Below, piece after piece: positions 55,301-64,000 of a stretch of DNA of 64,000 nt; the first letter of the stretch is position 1, and each line of letters opens with the position of its first letter. The stretch comes from Glycera tridactyla (Eukaryota), in NCBI GenBank assembly GCA_965644265.1, contig OZ286474.1:19282001-19346000 (forward strand), written 5' to 3'. The notes under the pieces were generated by a model. That model searched no databases. It was not told where the DNA came from and saw nothing but the letters and a program-made list of their open reading frames with translations. The translations under genes and the position numbers were made by a program.

Positions 55301-56443
55301 GTTGATGTCTCTTGAATTATTGTGAAATTTGACGTATTCTTTCAATGGTCAGTAATGAAGTATGGGTACATACCCTATATGAATAACATCACAGAAAAAA
55401 GTGTGTTTTGTTAAATTTGGTGCAGTTTCATTCATGATCGAAAATCTGCCAGTTTATTTTTTCTCTTCTTCTTCATTTTCATAGTACTCATCTTCCCGAG
55501 ATATATGCTCGTTTTCGCTGTTTGCAGAGTGGCTTGTGATATCTCGGTTGGAAGATGTCTTAATTGGAGATCTCAACCAAATTTAAATCTTGACCAATCT
55601 TTGTCTGCTATCGATGAATGAATAATCGCAAATTTATGGGATGAATATTCAAGGTAGACAGGGTGGGAAGTTTCTATAGTCTATGGATGCTCAGCAACAG
55701 GAGAGTGCCGTAGGAAGGGGAAGCTAGAGGTTTCTTTGTTCATCCCGTGGATGCTCCTGAAGAGGTGGTGTAAACATGGGTGAAACATGGAAAATCGGTC
55801 CCGGGGCAGCGAGAAAAGGGGAAAATCTTGTGATGGTTAGAGTGAACATTTTTGATGTCCACGCCATATTTAGGTCCACTGATGTAATTTCGAGTATTGT
55901 ATGACCTTTGAAAGCTACGGCCAGTGTATTTAGTGAATTGTGGAAGCCCTGCGTAAGGGCGTTGGATTTTGCCGCGTAACGAATTCGATCTCGATACGAA
56001 TCGCGATGTTGATCTTTGCTCTGATATGTGGTGTCGGTGCCTGCATGTTAACTGGGTGGTAGAAGAATGCGCATGCTTAGTGTTGTTTATGTTAACCCTA
56101 ACCACGATCGACATGTGTCGGAAATTTGCTTGAATATTCTGGTGAAAAATACTGATGTCATATAATAAGAGTTTGATCATGACGTACCTGATTAATGAAT
56201 ACATGATATTACCTGAAACTATTTCAATGTTTTTCAATATATGTTTGACTAATATTATCTGAATATTATCCTAAATGAATTTGTTATGATATTACATTTA
56301 TCCCCGAAACCACTAAGAATAAATGCACAGGATCTTTTAATTTGAAATCTTGTTTAATTGGTATAAGATTAATGAGAAAATGAAAATGATTTGTAGGATA
56401 TTTGTCTCGTACTTCACTCACAGAGACTGATTTTGTTCCACAG

Positions 56444-56614
56444 GTAGAGAAGGATGACCGCAGCGAAACTGAGCCCGAAACCGGGTCGGAAGACGACATG
56501 ATCTGCATAGGAAAAGACAAGCGACCGGAGATAGTCGCCAACGGCGCCCACGGTGATACTTCTGAATCCAATGCGTACGTCAACAACAACGTTGACAGCA
56601 AGAAGTCGAAGTAG
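56444..56614 (+). CDS. CERS: Ceramide synthase terminal coding exon (acidic tail, KKXX ER-retrieval motif)
   Basis: ttttgttccacag|GTAGAG (phase 0): VEKDDRSETEPETGSEDDMICIGKDKRPEIVANGAHGDTSESNAYVNNNVDSKKSK*. VEKDDRS matches CERS VSKDDRS; acidic S/T sites resemble CK2 sites; ends KKSK. Confidence 0.92.
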   Translation, partial: VEKDDRSETEPETGSEDDMICIGKDKRPEIVANGAHGDTSESNAYVNNNVDSKKSK

Positions 56615-57238
56615 AGATCGTTGGCCGCGTCGACAGAGGTGGAGGATGGTACCGTGCCATCCCGCAGTTCCCAAGAACGACGAGAATTCCATTTGAATCG
56701 ACTCTGGATCGACTGCAGCAAGTTACGTCAAAGAGGACGGAGGACGTCGCGTCACGAGAAATCACGACATCTGCTGATAACAAGGCTGAATGAGCTTGCT
56801 CAATTTCATCTCAGAGGAGTGCCAACCATTATGAGATTTGACACCATGATAGATTTCTTTTTTGGCCAAAAAGTTTGACATGACAGGTATGTTATCATTC
56901 CCAAGACTGACAAAAATTTATGATTACTACTCATTGAAATTGGCACCTTTGAAATACTTGCTCATCTGAGGTTGGTTTTCAGGTCATTAGCATATGATCA
57001 AGGTCATACTTTGACCTTGACCTGACCTAATTACTATCATTGTGTATCGAAGAATTCCATTGTACCGTAATGATCGACCCTGATGCATTAGAATTATCTC
57101 TCATCAGTGCATTACAAACAGAATTTGACTCATTACCATTCTATATCATTCAGAGGATATCTGCCTCTGTCAGAAATAGTCAGTTACGTTTGTTGTGTCT
57201 GAATTTCATGAATGGCGGTACTGTATGTATCATAGTAC

Positions 57239-57244
57239 AATAAA
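57239..57244 (+). terminator. Candidate polyadenylation signal AATAAA for CerS (another at 57792-57797)
   Basis: First AATAAA I noticed downstream of the stop codon, about 625 nt after it; no transcript data. Confidence 0.3.
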
Positions 57245-58511
57245 ACCGAATTATTGTCACGATCCAACAAACCCCCGCAATCAGATGACTGAACATGTCT
57301 TTCATTGATTCAGCACACTCATTGAAAATAACTTTGCTAGCTGGCAGTTAGTTCGCGAAGGGGAGAAATCTCGCTCATCTGGCTATAAAAGAGTAATCGG
57401 TTATTTATTTGACAAACTGGCAAATCAAGATACTTTTGTAGCATCTTGTATCATAGAGTTCTCAGGATTCACTCTGGATCGAAGCTTTTATCATTGAATT
57501 TGATGATGAAAAATTCTTTCGATTCAAGTCGAGATAGCCAAATGATTACATGATCATGAAGAAGTTGAGGCTGTATGAATGATTCACAGGCAATCTCCCA
57601 TTGCCATTTTCATTTCCTTGCATGTCCTTTCTGAAATATAATCAGGATTTAACGAATGCCCCTGTCTCCAGTAGAAGGGATAGCATGACAAAATGAGGGG
57701 ATGTGCTCACAGAGTGAAAAGGTTGTCATCTGAAGGGGGTTTCATTAATCTATCCAATCGACTTCAGTCAAAACGGACCAAACTTTGCAGGAATAAACAT
57801 CCTGGAAGGCAGTTGAGATAGCTCGCCTGTTAGATGGAGTTGTATACAATGCAGAACTTATAAATGTTTCAAGACTTCTCAGTAGCGTAGTAGTTTTGAT
57901 GTTGTGTCAAGGTCATGTGATGTGCTGTGAAGGTCGTTTGATGGGTGTGCCATATATGCAAGCGAGTACTAGTTGTTCACTTTTTATGAGTACCCTTCCA
58001 GATGGGACGAGTGATTCTGTGATCTTTCCTAGATTACCACTATTGATGGAAGTGTACAGATGGTAGCATTGGTTGGGGGGAAATTGAACGTGCCTGGACA
58101 GTTTTAGATTACTCTTTCTTAAGCTTGTAAGTAGTATTTCCACAAAGACGAAGCATAATCTAGCATAATTCTCGATATGAGACCTAGATTTTCACAATAT
58201 AGTCGCATCTTGATCAATCAATGGCAGGCGGAATAGGAAGTTGGAAGTGCTCACCAGGTATGGGTAGGTCTCATAGGTTTCCGTGGTAGTACCACATTTT
58301 GAAAAGATCAAACTTTAGCACTTTAGTTTTTAAAACTTGCGGTACATGTGCCACAGCAGGTAGTTGCCAAACTTGATTGAAGTATCAGTTGACAAACTTG
58401 GCATCTGTTTTTTGTTGTGTGCAACCGGTGTTCTTCTGAGGAATCAATCAGTGTGTAACTATTCTCAGAGATCAGTTAGCGATTTTTTTTCTGACTTTTA
58501 TACTGGGCGGG

Positions 58512-58716
58512 TTACGTTAGATAGTTGGCAGGAGTTTCTCTGAGTATCCCTTTCTCGATGGCTTTATTCCTGTCTGTAGAACTAGATAGCTGTGTCGTCA
58601 TTGTCGTTAACTCAGAAACTGCTGAAGAGATTGCGTTCATTGTTCCCATGGCAAGATGTAGTAACGATATTTCAGTATTTCTTGTTGATGCTGTCATTTT
58701 TGTGTTAGTTCCCAGT
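58512..58716 (-). CDS. Possible terminal exon of the convergent gene (S/T-rich tail)
   Basis: cattatcttttcag|A then LGTNTKMTASTRNTEISLLHLAMGTMNAISSAVSELTTMTTQLSSSTDRNKAIEKGILRETPANYLT*; phase link to other exons unresolved. Confidence 0.3.
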
Positions 58717-59692
58717 CTGAAAAGATAATGGTCTTTCGCATTAGATAGACCATATGTCTGCCAGTGGAAAATTATAAGTACGATTGACCATCTCAGAAGT
58801 GTTGGTGAACGTATGAATCAAATCGTTTGGTTAGGTACTTTTCATGGCGGAGGTGTTAAATTTTGTTATCAGACAGTCGTGAGGTTTCTCATCGCTGTGC
58901 TCATCTAGAAGATGGATTCTCATTTGTATTAGATTCGTATTCCACTCAACTTGCAGTTGTGTGAAATATGAATTTCAGATCCAATTTTATTGGCCACTGG
59001 TGAATGTAAGTTGTGTACATACATGAACATGTGTATATATATATCTATATGTCTCTCATTTTGTAATTTGCTACCTACGGTGGAATAACATGCATGATGC
59101 ATTCAGAAACTAAAACCTGGCAATCATTCGGCGCCGGGCCGTGACAGGGCCGATGTCTACCAAAATTGAGCCTCTACTGGCTAAAGTCTGTTTATGATGA
59201 GATGTAATCAGTCTTTAGTGGAATTCAATGCAGATTGAGGGACTTTTCCTCATCGTGAAGAGACAGTACCAAATGTGTTGCCAGGATTCTGTGACAACGA
59301 TTGTGTTAACATACTATATTGCACTGGTTACTTGTCAGAACACCCAACTCTGCGAGCCGGCTCTCGTAGAAAGTGTCGGCTCGACAGAATTGACTCATTA
59401 GTTGGTTTAGGCACTGACGACTGGCACGGCAGATTTTGTTGAAATTTTCTCTGTTGTCATATCAGCATCTGAGTAACGTGCATTCCATGTCTTGTAGATT
59501 TTCACGCAGAGCCTAGCTCTGCTACAAATAACATCAGTTCAGTCTATGGCACTGGGATGAAAATGAACCTATAAATCAAACCCACTGGAAAGAAATTTCC
59601 TGTGGATTTCTATGATATTTGAGCAGTAAATTAATCTGTATACATTGTATTTTGAGCTGAAGGTGAATGAATATAATGATATATATATAAAG

Positions 59693-59750
59693 GGAGAGCG
59701 GGAGAGAGAGCGAGAGTGAGAGCAAGAGAGAGAGAGAGAGAGAGAGAGAG
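59693..59750. repeat. (GA)n microsatellite
   Basis: Direct reading. Confidence 0.9.
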
Positions 59751-60222
59751 ATTCCGACACTTTCCTGGGTGTATACTCCACAGAAGTAGATCAATTGTAA
59801 AAACAGCAGATGAACTTGTCTTTTTTTAAGAGTCCAGCCATCGGTACGCTTTAAGCTACACTCGACGTCTACAGAATACATTTTCTCGCATCAAATCTTA
59901 AAATTGAGGGGGGTACTCTTCATCAAATCTATATGAAAATTTAGCGGTATTGGTGTGTGTGTGTGCCTGCAGTGCAGGGCATTCAAGCTACAGTCAATTC
60001 CATACATTGTGTCACCCATTTTTTTTCTCTCAATATTCTTGTCTTCAATGATGACACCATAAATGTTATCCAGTATTCCTCAACATCTCAGCATTTTTCT
60101 GGAAATATAGAGTCGAAGTATAACTGACTATTATTTTCAGCGTTTCTCTTGTTCTTGAGTTGCAACAAAAGTCAATTCAATGGTACATGTATTATCATCA
60201 CCACCGTGCGTTCCACTCTTAC

Positions 60223-60311
60223 CATTGCACGGGGGGATGCTGTACTCGGAGCTGGGGGAAGGGAGATTTTGAGAGAACTCATCCATTCCATCTTCAGCGA
60301 AATGTTGCTTC
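60223..60311 (-). CDS. Possible exon of the convergent gene
   Basis: gtttgtcttcaag|G...CAATG|gtaaga; 89 nt, two open frames (KQHFAEDGMDEFSQNLPSPSSEYSIPPCN is the more natural-looking). Confidence 0.3.
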
Positions 60312-60866
60312 CTTGAAGACAAACATATCAATCAATATGAGTCAAAAACGGAAGAGTCATCGCAGTTCACCTTATGAATGCCAAATTTAATGCTGAAGAA
60401 CTTTAGATGAACAGCTATTTGCCGAAGTCTATCGACATAATTTGACATGTGTGGAAATTTCTCATCGTTTGTTGTCGGGTGGAATTGGAAATTCTTTTAT
60501 GAAGAACTTCATTTAATCTTGTTTCACATTGCATTACAGAATTCAAATAACTTCCTCATGAGTACAGTTACGTCGGGGATCTGAACATTTGCTGTTTAGT
60601 TAATGATCTGATGCCTTCGGCAAATGAATAGTATTGAATTGATTGAGAGTTCCTGTGGTCTCATGCACTAGGTTGGTCTCCCGTGAGAGGTTTAGCGGCA
60701 TCTCATGCTATGTATTACTGTAGAAAGTAGTGGACACTAATCAAGGTTACTCTTGTACTGCATTGTATATATCCACTGTGGTGTGGCAGTATTTGATACG
60801 ATCGAATTTGTGTATTTTTCACTCAAGATTCATGTTAAATTTGAAGCTGTAAAATTAGACTTCCAA

Positions 60867-60874
60867 TGTGTGTG

Positions 60875-60906
<32 letters not shown>

Positions 60907-60941
60907 TGCGTGCGTGTGTGTGTGTGCGTGTGTGTGTGCAT
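60867..60941. repeat. (TG)n/(GCGT)n microsatellite
   Basis: Direct reading. Confidence 0.9.
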
Positions 60942-62030
60942 GCGTCCTTGAGATGAAATTGACCATTATTTAATCGACCAATGCTTCAGTAGGCATACCT
61001 GCTTCTGTCGCTGAAAGTTTGCGGAATATTACTGAAAGAATCTCATGCAATAAATTTGGTGCTTGTATCACAAGGCCGATCCACCACTCATAACAATTGA
61101 GGTCAATAGATAGACCTTTCATCACAACTCTGGCCCATTGAGACAGGTGGTCACTTGCAGAGGTCATCTTGCGTAGCTTCATGTACAGTTGACCCTGCTA
61201 AAGTGGTCAGTAGTCAGAGTGACCTGATTTCAGTCTCGTCGCAGAATCACTGTACTCACCCAATTCATGGGATATATCATTCTGTACACGAGTTGACATC
61301 ACCAGTGATCCTCCTATACTCCATAATAAACGGTATGGATTCTCTCAGTAATATCCCACAAACGTAGCTTCTAGTTGTGAAAGTTGCAAACATACTAAGG
61401 CAAATCTCAACTGATACATCATGTTTAGTAGGATACATGGAGTAAATGCTCAGTTGCTTGGTGACTCTCGGATGACATTGTGTTCATTCAGTTCTATGTT
61501 TCACAGGTGCTTTTGGTATGTTAATGGGTGTCTCAGTATAGCAGGCTTCTAGTAGATCAACGAACAATGCGCAGAGCGGAGCTCTCAGTGACAAAAATAA
61601 ATCTACGCATACTCAAAATAGGCATCTGGGCCAAAAACTGCATGTATGTCGAACTCTGGTATAGGCTTGTTAGGTTCAAACACATTCTTTTTCGAGAAAC
61701 AGATGTGCCAAAGATGATTTTGGGTCAAGGAAGATGCCCATGTGAAGAAACTAAGTATTTAATCATGAATAGAATTTAGAATTGGGATATAATTTCTGTG
61801 ATATATCCCTTCGGCTTCTTAATGAACGAAGATGTGATTATCCTCAATGCAGAGAGTATCAAATTTAACCTTTTCAAAGTTGTTCATTTTCTGATTGATT
61901 TGGGAGGGGGGGGGGGGGGGGGGAAGGACAGATGTCATGTATGTGTATGTAAGCTACATTTGTCGGGGAATCGAGTAGGGTGGGTGTGATGGGTTTTGAG
62001 TGCAGTGTCATCTGTTTTGCAAAGACTTAC

Positions 62031-62180
62031 GAACAAACTTGAGCTGGTATTGTGTTGAGTGCCAACTGAAAATGGTTTACTTGTTTTGTGATGTTGCTGA
62101 TGCAGATATTGGTCACCAATATTGGTCCGACGCTGAACTTGATTCACAGCTGAGAATGGTGTGCCATGTCGGAAGTTAAT
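62031..62180 (-). CDS. Putative internal exon of the convergent gene
   Basis: Minus strand atccgctttcag|ATT...TTGTTC|gtaagt; 150 nt, phase 0-0, open: INFRHGTPFSAVNQVQRRTNIGDQYLHQQHHKTSKPFSVGTQHNTSSSLF. Phase-compatible with 63144-63277. Confidence 0.45.
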
Positions 62181-63143
62181 CTGAAAGCGGATAATCAGTG
62201 TCCCATCTTGGAAAAATCACCATTGATGGAAAAGAGTCCCGATATGGCATTAGTGACCAAGGCGTGGATCAGATTGCAATGTAATGGTTCGTGTTTGCCT
62301 TCAGTATGTATGGCTCATGATATTGAAACAATGTATGTTACATCTGTATAATACTTCACATTAAGTGTTTGTATATGTGCTTGTTTTGTGCCCGCTGATC
62401 ACTAAAGTGAATGTCTCTGTGAATAGTCTTAATATTATAATACAAACTATGACATATAAAATATCATGTTGTCACACTGATTAGCCGCAGATAATTTGTT
62501 CACTAGGAATGATTAAAAGGGATTTTGACACACCATTTTATTCCAGGCTTACTGTGCAAGTGGAATGGCATGAAAGGGTCGATTTCCATTTTCATCTTGC
62601 TAGTGGAATATTTGATAGGACCATCATCAATATATTATGTTTGTAAGGAAATATACATAATTTAGAGTGAGACTTGGGAAGTTGCTGGATTAAGTCCATC
62701 CCATATCTGGGTACAATTCCTAAAGTTGATATAGATGATATAGTAACCGTAAGTCCTCATTCCGTATGCGGGTTGGCTGATATCTCGGCGGAACATCTCA
62801 TGGGAAGCTTTCGCGTGTCAGATTTCATGTACGTCACAGTTTGTTGTCTAACCGGTACTTGATATGGCATAATTTGTCAATATTACTACTTCTTTTGTCT
62901 ATAATTGGGTTGGTCAGATTGTTTGCATTCCCTAAGTGACATATGGTATGTAGCCTTGAACGCTCATCAGGGCACTTGGTATTTTTAGATGGTCAATAAA
63001 GCGCACTCAATGTGAGACCTGAGTTGTTTTGTTTTTTGGTTTAAAAAAAAAAGTTTTTCATTTTCTTTCCGCGGCTAACTATGGTTGACCATAGTAGCGC
63101 CACGAACGGTTTGTCTTGGTTTGGAATGCTTTTCCATACTCAC

Positions 63144-63277
63144 ATAGTTAGATATTCCATCATTAGATTCACTCTGTTCATCAAGAGTAGGTAGTGGTGT
63201 GTCTGAACTGTCAGCTACTTCCACATGACAACCTTTCAGGCTCCCCATCTTGTGTTCAGGGTTTGTGAGAGTGGTGT
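63144..63277 (-). CDS. Putative internal exon of an unidentified convergent gene
   Basis: Minus strand ttctctcccctgcag|AC...AACTAT|gtgagt; 134 nt, open in one frame only: (D)TTLTNPEHKMGSLKGCHVEVADSSDTPLPTLDEQSESNDGISNY. No recognised homology. Confidence 0.5.
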
Positions 63278-63474
63278 CTGCAGGGGAGAGAACATCTAGC
63301 TTTCATTGACCATGAACACACGTCATACATAACCCACGGGTTGGTACATGCCGTTAAACTTCAAAAAAGAATCAAAAAATCCTGAGTTGTTTTGTTTTTT
63401 GATTAAAAAAAATGGTTGACCCTAGTAGCGCCACGAACAGTTTGTCTTGGTATGGAATGCTTTTCCATACTCAC

Positions 63475-63610
63475 ATAGTTAGGTATTCCATCATTAGATT
63501 CACTCTGTTCATCAAGAGTAGGTAGAGGTGTGTCTGAACTGTAAGCTACTTGCACTTGACAACCTTTCAGGTTCCCATCATCTTGTGTTCAGGGTTTGTG
63601 AGAGAGATGT
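63475..63610 (-). pseudogene. Frameshifted tandem duplicate of the 63144-63277 exon
   Basis: Same acceptor and donor, highly similar sequence, but 136 nt (ATGATGGGAACC vs ATGGGGAGCC); stops in all three frames. Confidence 0.55.
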
Positions 63611-63759
63611 CTGCAGGGGAGAGAACATCTAGCTTTCATCGACCAGGAACACACGTCATACATAACCCTAGGGTTGATACATACCATTAAACCTCAATTA
63701 ATGAACGAAAACAATGATCCAATGTTCACAGCCTGGTACCCTTAGCAAGTTCAACTAAC

Positions 63760-63813
63760 TTCGCAATTGCATTCCTTGGCAGGCCTATTCAAGTGTGGGC
63801 CTTCCTCGTCTCC
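63760..63813 (-). CDS. Possible small exon of the convergent gene
   Basis: tttgttctctccag|GGAGAC...TGCGAA|gttagt; 54 nt GDEEGPHLNRPAKECNCE. Its phase-0 end does not match the phase-1 start of 63144-63277. Confidence 0.3.
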
Positions 63814-64000
63814 CTGGAGAGAACAAACCACAAACATAAGATTGAGTGCAATGGCTAAGAAATCCACAATCATCATCACTGCGTATAGCTAATTAAAGTA
63901 ATTTAATACCTATCCACACCTGGGTGAAATTGAGTGGTCGAGTACAGTCGTTTCCACGTTACACTCAGTAACACCCACACAGGTGCCTTCTTAGTGAGAA

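Larger units (their letters stand above)
63018..63696. repeat. Tandem duplication (~63018-63364 and ~63381-63696)
   Basis: Two highly similar direct copies from cctgagttgttttg to ttaaac(t/c)tcaa; the second lacks about 30 bp near its start. Confidence 0.92.

Noticed and set aside
55740-56237. 165-aa minus-strand ORF
   Set aside because: No recognisable domain, antisense within the CerS intron, and no splice or start support.

Overview
AT-rich metazoan (probably invertebrate) genomic DNA, mostly intronic and rich in short DNA transposons, with four N gaps. The main content is the 3' end of a plus-strand ceramide synthase gene (CerS/LASS, TLC domain). Four divergent paralogous copies of the penultimate coding exon (352-526, 22178-22334, 33339-33495, 42841-43000; equivalent to vertebrate CERS5/6 exon 9) lie upstream of only one terminal exon (56444-56614, VEKDDRS...SKKSK*). 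By eye I found no upstream CerS exons between the copies. All copies have canonical AG/GT sites and the same phases (enter 2, exit 0; length 3n+1). The best reading is a mutually exclusive exon cassette that swaps the segment carrying the loop implicated in acyl-chain selectivity of mammalian CerS, so one gene could encode several ceramide synthase specificities. The introns contain TA-flanked MITEs, CAGGG- and CAGTG-ended elements with apparent 5- and 6-bp TSDs (one nested), two minisatellites and microsatellites. Downstream are exon-like fragments of an unidentified convergent minus-strand gene, including a recently duplicated exon. All coordinates and comparisons were read manually; no searches were run.
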